Assembly: GCA_964106645.2 (NCBI GenBank)
Contig: OZ067053.1
DNA from: Podarcis pityusensis
Lineage: Eukaryota
Length of the DNA: 64,000 nt
Direction: 5' to 3' (one strand)
Below the pieces are notes generated by a model. It was not told the origin of the DNA and did not search any database. It saw nothing but the letters and a program-made list of their open reading frames with translations. Of this stretch, positions 32,252-44,700 are shown piece by piece. How positions within the stretch are numbered: the first letter of the stretch is position 1; each line of letters begins with the position of its first letter. The position numbers were made by a program, and so were the translations under genes.

Positions 32252-35200
32252 TATTTGTCAGTCAAGGGGGTGGTCTTCAGATAGAGGCCTGCACAAAGTG
32301 GGACCGATGACCAACCCCCAAATTTCCATTCCTTGGGTGTCTGTGACTGTATTTCTAAGCCTTCACTGCACGGGGAGAGGAGGGAAATGTCACATCTGTT
32401 CTGGGTTTTTATTATTGTTTTGATTCTGAGAACTAGAGCATTTTGGCGGCACAGCCGGTTCTCGGATTGCTTGCTTCCCTGGCACTAGGCCCGCCCTGCG
32501 TGTGATTCGCAGCCTCTACAGTCAGCACAGCAGTGGTACACTAAGGCCTCATCTGCACGATACATTTAAAGCAGTATCATACCACTTTATACAGGCAGTG
32601 CTTCCCCCAAAGAATCCTGGGAACTGTAGTTTGTTATGAGTACTGAGAGTAGTCTTAGAAGACCCTTCCTCCCCTCAAAGAGCTGCCAGTAGTGGTTTAA
32701 CTATCAATCTCTCTTCCCAGGGAACTCTGACAATTGTAGCTTTGTGAGGGGAATAGGGGCTTCCTAACAGTACCCTTAACAGACTACAGTTCCCAGAATA
32801 CTTTGGGGAAGCCATGACTGTTTAAATTGATATGATTCTGCCTTAAATGTATAGCGCAGACAAGATCTAAGTGATTGTGACAGATGTGGTTCCAAGGGGG
32901 CATGCAGGACAGACTGAGGCTATTTACACACCATACGTGTAAAGCACACACCTCCCTCAAGAATCCTGGGAACTAGTTTGTTGGGTATTGTAACTCTGAC
33001 AGATAAAATATCAAGTTCCTAGGATTATTGTGAGGGGGTGTTTGCTGCTGTATGGTGTATATGCAACTTCAATGCAAACTGGGCTGGAATTTGAACCAAA
33101 GCCTCTTGAGCATTATTCAACTCATACACTCTGCTGTTTAAGAGCAGTTGATACTCTTTCCCTTTCCTTCCAGTCCTGCAGTAACAGGGGCCAAAGTTTA
33201 AGCCCTGAATTGCTGCCAAACAAAGTTCTGCACCCAAGGACCTTGAGTTCCGGGGTTGGCCCAAGAAGGGGGAAGAAGGATGCTGGGAATTATGGTCCTG
33301 CTCTTTGACCATTAGAAATCATACTCAGCAATTTATCTGAACTCAGCATATTTTCGGGCCTATGTATGTATTCTTAAGGACTAGAATCTTGGAGTTTCTT
33401 AATTCAGGAGGTTGAATTCTGCAGTACTGATTCTCCGCACTTGGCAAGGTGGGGCTGCGGAAGCATGAGAACTGAAGTAGGTCTGATTTGAGAGCCTGAT
33501 CTTACTGCCTGGGATTCTCTGCTGGATTCCTGTGCTGGAATAACCAGCCACGGTGATTACAAAACAGTGGGAGGCTGTGAGGTTTTCTAACTGCAATGTT
33601 GTTGCCAAAGTGAGGGAGCTCATTTGCCTTTCTGGGGCAAATGCGGCTGGGAAGGTAACATCTCTGACACAGATAAAAAGTTCAAAGTTTGTTTACAACA
33701 GCAAGCATTTTTCAAACCGTTTCAGCTCAGTGGACTGGTCTGTGGCCAAAGCATTCAGCTCTTTTTGAACTGTAGGGGGTGGCGGAGGGGAGAGAGAGAG
33801 AGAGAGAGAGAGAGGACTCATGTTGCTCTCTGGCCAAGAGTGCCTTTATCTGTGTGAACTCGAGTGAGTCTCGGCGGGATCACGCAACAGGAGTGTGCAC
33901 CACCATCCATCAGAGAAGCAGATAAACATGCGGCAATAACATACCGCTTTATTTTCCGCAGCCTGGCAAGGACCCAGCCTTTCTGCTTGTTCCAAATAAC
34001 ATTGAGCGGCACAACAACAACAGGAGGAGGAAGGATTCTGGGAATTCGGGGAGGAAGATTGTATGGTGTAAACACACTGGGGGAGGACAGCATTTAACGC
34101 AGGGAAAAATAGGGTCACCAGGAATTCTGTGCATCAGATAGGATTACTGTCTCTTTTTGCAGAGCTCCTTCATCTGCTTTGTAAGATGACTGAAATTTCC
34201 CTAAGTCAGGCACAGGGAGTCTTCTTCAGCCTAGGGGCCGCATTCCCATCTGGGCAACCACCTGGGGGCCGCAGGCCAGTGGCAGAAAGCAAAAGTGAGC
34301 AGAGCAATGAATGTGAATTTGACCTTTGTATGGTGGGCTAGTTTCTACACCCACATACAATAGTCCATTTTGGCAAGAAGTATTAATAGAGTTGCATTGC
34401 AGCCAGGCAAGAACACCCAAAGAGGGTGCAAGGCAGGGCTGGTGTGAGGCTGGGGAGGGTGTGAGGCCTGCAGAGAGTCCCAAGGGCCAGATGGAGAGGT
34501 CTGGAGGGCCACCTCAGGTTTCCCTAAGTTCCTCTGGCCTTCCAGGAGTTGCTGAACTGCAACTCCTAGCACTCCTAGCAAACGTGGCCAATGGCCGGGG
34601 GCACAGTGCATTGTGGTTCAACATCTGGTGAGTCAAAGGTCCCCTAAACACCTGCCCTAAGTGTGGCTAACCACATAGCTTCCACGTACCAGTTTGCTGT
34701 AAAAGACACAGGTGCAGGAGCATATTTTAAAAAGGCGACCATCTTTTAGCTATGTTTCCAACAAGTTCAGTGCCATAAACAAAATGGATGCTCTTAGACC
34801 TTTAGTAAAATCCAGATATTTAAATCAAAGCAGAGCCCTGCCCCACACAATGAGGCCCCACATAGCATCATGGTTAATCCGGCTCTAATAGCTGCTAGGC
34901 CCTGAAAAGGGCACCAGAAAAAATGGGATTAATTGTTATGTGTGCCTTGCTTTATCCCTGCTTTGAGATGCCTGACTGCTCCGATGGGATTTCAGATCTG
35001 GGATTCAAAGCTGGCTGGGAGCCCAGGCCTTTATAGAGGCTACAAGATCTGGCCTGCAGGCCGGCCTCCTTCCCAGCAACGTGGGGTGAGAAGCACGTGG
35101 ATCCCTTACTTAGCTCTGGGGCAGCCTCACCCCTGTTGAGGCTTCCTCCCACCTCTCCTCCTCCTCCTCCAGCCCTGGGCTGAACACAAGCCTGAACGTG

Positions 35201-36290
35201 ATGGAAGCCTGACCCAAATGTTGGACAGGTATTTGATGGAAATCAAAAGAGGAACGGTTGGAGTTTAAGAGCCTTGGGAGTGAGGGTGCTCAGGAATGAG
35301 TGCCCTTCAGGACTTGGAAGAAAATTGATAAGAAAAAAAGAGGAGATTCCATTCTGCCAGCATTCTTTGCCCAGGTTCTCTAGAAATAAGATATTGAGGT
35401 CAGATGGTTTCTCCCTTGGGTTGACAAGCCCAACTGGCTAGAATGTTTATATTTATTTAAGTAGTATAAGTAGTTAAGACTTATACCCTGCTTTCCAACA
35501 ATGTGGAGCTGACAAAAAAAAATCAGACATGTATTATTTATTTATTTATTTAGGCTTGCAATATTTTAAAAAATAAAACCAGCTTTTTTTAGTTAGAAAA
35601 AAATCCAAAACTGTTGCTTGCCAAAGATCCAGGACAAACCATCACCTTCCAGAAATTCCCCCCAGAAGTCCCTATTTTTTATTATTATTATCAGTCACTT
35701 TATACAAAAGGAAGTTTTAAAGTGACTGAACTGTATAACACAGAAATTTTAAACAAGCAAACATTAAAAACATAAATACAAAATCCATAAAATGTGCATC
35801 CAGTAAGATATTAAGAAAGCCAATCCACTCTACTAAAAGATGAGCAATACTATAGGTGCACGAGCGTACAAAATACAAATACAACAACTATTTTTTATAC
35901 TATATAATGTTGGGCATGGAAGTGCTATTCCAGGCCAACTGATTACTACCCAGACATGCCTTGGTCCATGATGCCAATCAGGGGCGCCATCTATGCGGGG
36001 CTGTGGGGGCCGAGGCCCCCCAAATTTTCAATGAAGGGTCCGGGGACCACCAAAGTTCTGTGGCAGCATGTACACATGCTTCGGAGCATCAGCACAACAT
36101 GTCAGCACACCCCACAACACGTGTGAGTGACATCACGCCGTGGGAGACCAGGGTTCAAATCACCCACTTAGCCATGATGAAACCATCTGGGTGACCTTGA
36201 GCCAGTCATTTGTCTCTCAGCCTAAGCTTCCTCACAGGGTTACTGAATCCCCTCTTGCTGGGCTTTTTGGGTCCACCAACCCTTCACAAA

Positions 36291-36637
36291 GGGATGCGGG
36301 TGGCGCTGTGGGTTATAAGCCACTGAGCCTAGGACTTGCCAATCAGAAGGTCGGGGGTTCGAATCCCCGCGACAGGGTGAGCTCCCGTTGCTCGGTCCCT
36401 GCTCCTGCCAACCTAGCAGTTCGAAAGCACGTCAAAGTGCAAGTAGATAAATAGGTACCGCTCCGGCGGGAAGGTAAACAGCGTTTCCGTGCACTGCTCT
36501 GGTTCGCCAGAAGCGGCTCAGTCATGCTGGCCACATGACCCGGAAGCTGTACGCCGGCTCCCTCGGCCAATAAAGCGAGATGAGCGCCGCAACCCCAGAG
36601 TCGGCCACGACTGGACCTAATGGTCAGGGGTCCCTTT
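36291..36637 (+). mobile_element. Sauria SINE, full length
   Basis: 13-bp TSD AACCCTTCACAAA at 36278-36290 and 36638-36650. Confidence 0.92.
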
Positions 36638-39373
36638 AACCCTTCACAAATATATGCAGGTCTGTTAGATGTACAAAATGTCTTGTGTGGGTGGAGGCAC
36701 TGACCCCCCCCCCCCCCCAGTTTAGGTGTCAGGATGTTTTGGCAGCGGGGACAAAATCCACTTAGCTTGAGGGGAGAGGCAGGTCAAGTTAAAATAGCCA
36801 AAGTCTGCTTTCAGTCTTGGCTTGTCTGAGAGTTGTTTACTGCCCTAGCAATGAACATTGGGATGGGGGGAAGGGAGGGAAATAGGAAAAGAGAGAGAGA
36901 GGAGGACTGGAGCGTTGACAAGTTTTGCTGAGTCAGGAGATGCGGCTTAAGGTGGAAGACTCTGGAGCGGCTGGCTTCTTGCTGGGGAAAAAATCTATTT
37001 TTTCTTTCTATCAAAGGAATTCCCAGATCAGCTGAGGCCGCGCTGAGCCTGCACAATTTATGACAAGCTAAGTAAGCACTGTAAAGAAATGATAAGATGT
37101 TTGGGGCTTTCTTTTCTTATTTTAGAGAAGGGAGGAAAAGGCAATTGTGCTTGGGAGAGACAAGATAAAGAGATTATGCATGGATTATAGACGGTTGTTA
37201 TTTTCAGGTGGGATTCAGTCACATGTCACCAAATTCATGTTGCACAATTATTGTTGATTGGAAGGTCTTGCAACACAAAACCGCTTTTTGTGATAAGGGA
37301 AGGGGAAAATGCACTCAAAAGTGTGTGGTATAAACTTTGCTTTGGCTCAACAGTCGTCTAACCTTAGAGGGTTTTTAAATAGCTTTTTGTTGGGTTTAAT
37401 TAGCAAGGATCATAGGAAAAATAAATGATACAAATGAAGAGACCAAGTCTTCTTATGCCGTTTGTATATCACAAAAATAGCATTCGAAATTTGTACTAAT
37501 ATCTGCAACATATGGGTCTCACCTTAGAGGTTTTTAAGAATATTCAGCAGTTTCTAAATGCTTTAACATAAAATGAATAAATAAAATAACCTCCCCACAA
37601 GCAAATCAGGATGAATGCTGATTAAACAGCTGCCTTCATCTAATCTCCCATAGGAATCTGGCTAGTCTCTGTGAGAACAGGATACTGGACTAAATGGGTT
37701 ATTAGCTTGATCCAGCAGCCAGGCTTACATTCCCCTGCAACAAATCAGGAGGCTGCAGGAGGCTTCTTTCAAGCCTAATTTCAGCGTGGCAGATACTCCA
37801 GGAGAGGCCTCTGTGGGTGCATGTGTGCCCACAGGCCCCACATTGACAACCTCTGTGTTCTAGCCTCTGTGTTGTACAGGATCCCTGCACGATTTCATGC
37901 CTGCTGCCCACTCCTCAAAGGAACATTGTTTGCACTTGAAAGCACCCAATTTAAGGCAGGGAATAATCAGTTGCTTCTTGCAATTGTCCCAAGGCGGATG
38001 TCTACCCCTTTGATCTCCCCACAGATGCCGCCACAGAGGCTCAAAGTCTGACACTGACTCCCGCCCTCTTCGTTTCTGGTAGAGTTCTGTCTTGGAGCTG
38101 AAATTGTATAGCAAGGAAGGATCTGAAAATTGCCCCCACTTTCCTCTTCCCACTTTTGCCTTGCCTGAGCAAGAATGGAGCATTGAATGATGAGAAACTG
38201 GCTGGGAAGTTATTTTCTTACTTTAATTGTTTAATTTTTGTTACTTATTGACTTCCTTCCTTTTAACAATTGATAGAAGGTCCTCAATCTGGGATGGGAA
38301 GCCTGCAGGCCTATGCAGCTCTCAGATGGAAAAAAGTTCATAGAAGGACAAGAAAAGTGATCAAGGGGGTTGGAGCAACCCCTCCTTGAGGAAACTTCCA
38401 GGGCATTTTAGTTGAGAAGAAAGGTTAATGTGCCAGTGGCATATGTTAGAGGTATTATAAGTGGGTGCTTGGTGTGGAGAAAGTGAATGGGGGAAGTCTG
38501 TCTTTCTCTCTCTGTCACTTTTTTCCTCATAATTCTAAGGCTGCGTACACAGAATATCTTCACAGCACATTGAAAACTCACCTCTCCCCTCAAGGAATTC
38601 TAGGCAATGTAGTTTGTCAAGTGTTGCTGGGAATTTTAACTCTGTGAGGGGTGAACTACCATGCCCAGAATTCTTTGAGGGAAAGAATGGGCCCCAAATG
38701 TGCTTTAAAGGCACAATGTGTACCCAGCTCAGGGACAGCCAGCAAAGCTGAATAACAGGCGAAAGGATTTCTTCACACAGCTCATAGTTAATTTGGAATT
38801 TGTTGCCATGAGAGGCAATCATGGCCACCAACCATCCAAGAGTGACCTCCTAAACTTATAACCGTCTTTTTCTTTCTTGCATATTGCATTTTGCTGTATT
38901 AAAGTTTGAATCTCATAGAAACATTGCGATACAGTGAAATAAATGGTATAAGAAACAAAAAAAGCACCCCCCCAATCAAAAATCAACACGAATATTGAAC
39001 AGGATGGACGTACTGTCTCTCATCTTCAGTCGCGAATCCACAGAAACGCTGTGGATCACCAGTATGAAGCTCGCTGGCTGCTGGTTGTCCATGGACCACA
39101 GTTTGAGAATCTCCAGCCTAGCAGCATCCCTGTTGGCTGTCTCCTCCTGCAAAGCAACCCTTAGGTTCTCACGAGCATGAAAGCTTAGATGGAACCTCCT
39201 GGTTCAGAGGCAGTATACCTCAGTTAGCAGATGCCTGGCTGGGACAAACATTGAGGAGGGATGCCATGCACATCTATGCCTCTCCAGAGTCCCCAAAAGC
39301 ATTTGGCTGGCTGTTCTTAGAGGCAAAGAGAGAGAGAAAGATGGACTTCTTGTCCCATTTTTTTGTTGCGGGG

Positions 39374-39398
39374 TGATGATGATGATGATGATGATGAT
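39374..39398. repeat. (TGA)n microsatellite next to the SLC3A2 promoter
   Basis: Directly visible. Confidence 0.9.
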
Positions 39399-39409
39399 AC
39401 GTACTCAAA

Positions 39410-39594
39410 CGCCTTCGCCATCGTGAGGTTGGCGAGGCAAGATCCGTTCCACCTTAAGCGCCGGCCTGGGGGAGCCGGGAGGGCGGGACGGGGGCGGAGG
39501 CTCCGAGTCTATTTTAGCTGCCGGCCGGCGAGGCTTTGCTCAGAACCGGATCGAACCGGATTTCCTCGAGGAGCCAAGTTCCGGATCGTTCCAG
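39410..39594 (+). promoter_or_regulatory. SLC3A2 proximal CpG promoter and probable non-coding first exon
   Basis: GC boxes 39481-39497, TATA-like TATTTTAG near 39510, donor cag|gtagag at 39595 matching the acceptor before 40376. Confidence 0.65.
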
Positions 39595-40383
39595 GTAGAG
39601 ATTGGAGAGACCCCACCTGCCGGGCTCGCTCCCCATTCCCCTGATTTTACAACCCGCTTCTACGCACCTCCTAAAGTTGGTATCCAGAAAGCGGATAAAG
39701 GCAGAAGAGAAGATCTGGATTACGGGGAGGGGGTGATGGTGGATAGGGTCCGGGGGGGGGGCAGCGCAACGCCTCGGTAAAAGGAGCTTTCTGTTCAAAA
39801 ACCCCCTCCCCCTCCCCCTCCCCATAGGATCGCCATTAGAGAGCGTGTGAATTTCACCCCTTATAATAGGGAGGGGAATGTATTTGGGGTTAATGGACCC
39901 AGGGGTGGCATAGTGACTGCTGCTGCTGAGGGGTTTTTTTGGGGGGTGTCTAGTCTCTGGCATACATAAGGGGGTATTCCTGAAGAGGGTTTTGTAAGGG
40001 GGGGGGTTACTAGTATCCAGGAAAATAGGCAGTTTTTGGAGGGATGGAGGTTTAAAAATGGACTTTGTCTTAAATTTCTAAAATGAGAGGTTCTAAGGTT
40101 TGAGCCTGCTGAAAGGTTTTCTGTGTAGCTGTTCATTGTGTTTGGTGCCCCCGGGGGGGGGGCACGGGCACCAAGGATAGGTTTGGAGGCCAAGCCTTTG
40201 ATGAACCCTCAGTTGGATGCATGCAGGAAGGGTAGCCCAGAGGCAAGCTGGTCTCTGTGGAAGACGGGTGTGTTGGGTCAAGGAGAGCTTTTCCCCCAGA
40301 AAGGCCTTGTGAACTAAGGGGGCTCCCTCTGCTCCCCCTCGATCGCTTCCAAACCGCCTGCTTCCTTTCCCCCAGGTGGCACC

Positions 40384-40837
40384 ATGACCTCCCCAGGTGT
40401 AACCCCCGACACGGAGCTCGACATGAAAGACGTGGAGCTCAACGAGATGGAGACCGAGAAGCAGCCCATGAACGCCTCTTCCCCGCTGGCCAGCTCGCCG
40501 GGCAGCCTGGGCGAGAAGAACGGGGTCGTGAAGGTGAAGGTGGCCGAGGAGGAGGAGGAGGAAAGCGCCATGGTGGCCAAGTTCACTGGTCTCTCCAAGG
40601 AAGAGCTGCTCAAGGTGGCCGGCACCCCCACGTGGGTGCGCACCCGCTGGGCACTCCTCATCCTCTTCTGGCTGGGCTGGCTGGGCATGCTGGCGGGGGC
40701 CGTCGTCATCATCGTCCAGGCCCCCCGTTGCAAGGACCTGCCCAAGCAGGAGTGGTGGCAGAAAGGCGGCATCTACCGCATCCAGGACGTGGCAGGGTTC
40801 CAGGACTCTGGGGACGACAACGTGGGCGACCTGGCAG
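40384..40837 (+). CDS. SLC3A2: SLC3A2 first coding exon
   Basis: Acceptor before 40376, Kozak gcaccATG, donor cag|gtgggt. Confidence 0.95.
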
Positions 40838-43394
40838 GTGGGTGCTGCAAGCGGGGGACGTGGGGGGGGTCTCTCCTCCCCACAAGTCCTAGCTATTCCT
40901 TTGCAGGAGAGGGCAGCGGCTCAAGAATAAAAGCCTTGCACTCAGAAGGTCTCTGGTTCAATCCCCAGCATCTCCAGGTAGGGCTGGGAGAGACCTCTGG
41001 GAAGCTGCTGCCAGTCAGTGTAGACAGCACTAAGCTGAATAGACCCAGTGGTCTAACTCAGTAGCAGCCGGCTTCCTATGCTCTTAAGGACACTCTGTTT
41101 GAAGGGTTGTGGCTCAGCATCGGAACATCTCAGGTGGGTGAGTGAGATATCATCGTTTCCAGATTCCCAGCTTTCCAAAAAAAGAGCAAGTATCTAGCAT
41201 TTGTAGAACCCGAGACATGAGACAACAAGTATGAGCACTATTTTTATTTTTGTGTGTTCAGAAACTAACCTGATCCCCCCCCCCCACCTGCTTAGAAAAT
41301 TTATTGCGGACTTGTAGGTCCAGATTTCCTAGTAGTAATGTGATGTAATTAATGGGCACAGTGCTTGTGTGAATGCCAGTCAAGGACTCTTCCCTTTTCA
41401 CTCCAGCCTTGAATGCCTGGGAGCGGGGTGGGGGGTGGGACCCATCATGAATATCTGCCCTCCAAGCTAGTTAACAGGGTGTTGTTGCTCAGAAGTAACT
41501 GATCTGCTGTAAACAAAACTTGAGAAGGTTCCTGGAATATAACCCGGGACCTATGCTTGCCTGCCCTTAATGCGCCCTGCCTATTCCTCTCCACTGCAGT
41601 CAAAACGACTATTTTTCAATGCAGAGTTGCTGGCTAAGGTCATTGCAGGCAAGTCCTGCAATGAGGCTTCTATGGCTCTGAAAATCGCCTCCTGGGCAGT
41701 TCAGGATCTCCCTATTGGGCTTTTCTTGCTGTGCTCAGCAGTGCTCCGAGTACATGTGATTAGCAGCTGCCTCTCCACCCCCCCTTCCCCTTTGCTGGCT
41801 GCCCATCCACAGACTGGTACCAGCCAGACTTCCCTGTGCCAAGCAGCCGGTTCTATCCGGCTTTGAAGCAACCACTGGCCTTTGTTTCATCAGTTCCTGA
41901 CGTCAGCGGGACGCTGACTCAGCACGGAGGCGGCTGGCTGGGTAGACGATTCGCAGGGCTCCACTTCCTTCCTTTCCTCCACTGTCTCAATCTGACCCCG
42001 CTTCCTCTGGAGATCAGGCAGATAGAGCCTCGTGGCTGGTTGTGTGAACCTGTGTCCTTATTTGCTCAGCTCTAAGTGCATTTGGGGGTTGGGGGGCATC
42101 CAAAGCTCAGGAAGGGCTTATTTTCTCCCTCACAAACATCCCTTTGAGTTTGGAAGTTTGTTCCCGGGCTAGTTATTAATTAGTATGATTTGTAATAAAT
42201 AGAATAAATAAGCAAAACTGGGCTGGGAGCAGACTTCTTATTACATTTAGATTCTTCATTATTATTATTATTTATTATTACCAAAGTTTATATATTGTCC
42301 TTCATCTGTAGATCTCAGGGCAGTTCACAACATAAAATTACAATATAAAAATAAGAACAAAAACAAACCAATTAAACCAAGTAATGGTACCATTCTGCTC
42401 TTCCGTGGCCAGACCACACCTGGAGTCCTGTGTCCAGTTCTGGGCACCACAGTTTAAGGATGATATTAGCAAGCTGGAACATGTGCAGAGGAGGGCAACC
42501 AAGATGATCATGGGTCTGGAAACCAAGCCTTATTAGGAACACTTGAGGGAATTGGGCGTGTTTAGTCTGGTAAAGAGGAGACCGAGAGGAGATATGAGAG
42601 CCATTTTCAAGGCCCTCAGGGTGGCATGCATTGTTTCTCTGGTTTCTGTTTTTATCAACACAACAAATCTGTGAGGTAGCTTAGGCAGAGACACTGCAAC
42701 TCACCCCTCAAGGTCACCCACTGAGTCCCATTAATGAGTGGGAATTTACCGTATTTTTTGCACCATAACACTCACTTTTTTCCTCCAAGAAAATAAGGGG
42801 AAATGTCTGTGCGTGTTATGGAGGGAATGCCTACGGGTGGCATGCCTACGGATTTTCCTCCTCTAAAAACTACGTGCGTGTTATGGTCGGGTGCGTGTTA
42901 TAGAGCGAAAAATACGGTACCCTGTTCTCCCAGGGTCTCAATCCATCACTCTTAAGGTAGCATACATGTCTTTTTCTCTTCCTCAAGTTTACCCTCACAG
43001 CTTCCCTGTGAGGTAGGTTAGACTGAGGGACTGCCTGGCCACCCACTAAACTCCATGGCACAGTAATAATTTGAACCTGGGTCTCCCAGTCGTCCTCTAA
43101 AGGTAAAGGTAAAGGGACCCCTGACCATCAGGTCCAGTTGTGGGTGACTCTGGGGTTGCGGCGCTCATCTTGCTTTACTGGCTGAGGGAGCCAGCGTATA
43201 GTCCTCTATAATGCCTCTAATAGTGCTCCTCCTCCTCCTCCGCCGCCCTGTTAAATTCCCTGGCCTTTTAAATCTTAACAACAGAAAGTTCCAAATTGAC
43301 ACTAAGGAGGACTTGGGAAACCATTGTATAAACTACTGGCTCATATAATTTTCAAGTTTGTCTCTACAGCACTGAGGGCTGGAAGGCTCTACTG

Positions 43395-43434
<40 letters not shown>

Positions 43435-44658
43435 TACTGATTGATTTACTCATTATGTTTCCGTCGCACACAACTGCTGTGCTCTGTTGCAGACTGTGAA
43501 GCAAACAACTGCACTTAAGTATGACTTCCTTGCTCTGTGCAAACTGGGAACCGTGGCTAGTGTCTTCCAAACAAGCTATGATTTGTGTAAGCCAATGTTT
43601 CCCAGTTTGGATGTAACAGGAAAATATGGTTCCTGGCTTGAGTCCCTGCTCACACAAAAGGAGGGGCAAAGTTCGTGCCAAGCAGCCACAGTGTGCATGC
43701 ATATTCTGGCTTGTAAAGTCAGGATTTGATCCTCCAAACTCGGCTTGTTAAGTCTATGGCCATAGTCTGTGGCCATAGTTGGGCTGTTAACTCCGCTGGC
43801 TGAGTCCTACATCATCTTTGGAGCTAGAATTGAGCAGGGGATCAACTCTCTTGCTGCACTGGCAGCCCAACCTTTATTCCCCCCCCCAATAACACCTTTG
43901 TTTCTTCCTGTCACTCCAGGTCTGAAGCAGCAAATTGATTATTTAAGTAAACTCAAAGTGAAAGGTTTGGTGATTGGGCCTCTCCACGTCAATCCTGAAA
44001 ATGACCAGGCCGGAACCAACCTCAAGGACATCGACAAAAGATATGGGACGCTGGATGAGTTCCGGGAAGTCCTGCAGGTGGCAAAGAAAAAAAGTAAGGG
44101 CCAAGCGTAACCACAATGGCGACTAGCCCTTGCTCTGCCTCTGAATTCCAGTTCCTGGGAATCGCAAGGGAGGAGAGGTGCTGTTGTGCTCAAATCCTGC
44201 TTGGTGGCTTCCTGTTAAGGCACCTGTTTGGCCACTGTGACAACAGGATTCTGGGCTTTGGCCTGATCCATCAGCCAGGATCTTGCTCTTATATCCCTGG
44301 CTGCAGTGCCGGCAAGAGGTCTCTGCAGAAGTTCTAGGAGTCACCTTTCTGACTTGTGATGTGCCTTGCCTCTCTCTTTCAGGCTTGAAGGTGGTTTTGG
44401 ATCTGACCCCCAACTATCGCAGCCAGTCGCCTTGGTTCAGCCAGGAGATCAGTCTTAACAAGGATTTGCAGGACAAAATGAAGGTGAGGGAGGAAAAGCA
44501 CACAGTGGAGCATTGGGAAGATCTTAAGGTTGCCACCTTTTTTGGGTGGTGATGGGGAGGAATTTCTTTACACCTGTGCCTGGGTATCACAGGTGAGGAG
44601 AGTTGCTGCTTGCTTGCCCACCCCCCAGAGCTAAGGTTCCCCCCATCTGATTTATAGA

Positions 44659-44700
<42 letters not shown>

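Noticed and set aside
26000-39400. SNHG1-type C/D snoRNA cluster or another multi-exon coding gene
   Set aside because: No properly spaced C/D boxes or coherent coding exon chain found by eye; the candidate acceptor near 28485 meets stops in the compatible frames. A covariance-model search could still find something.
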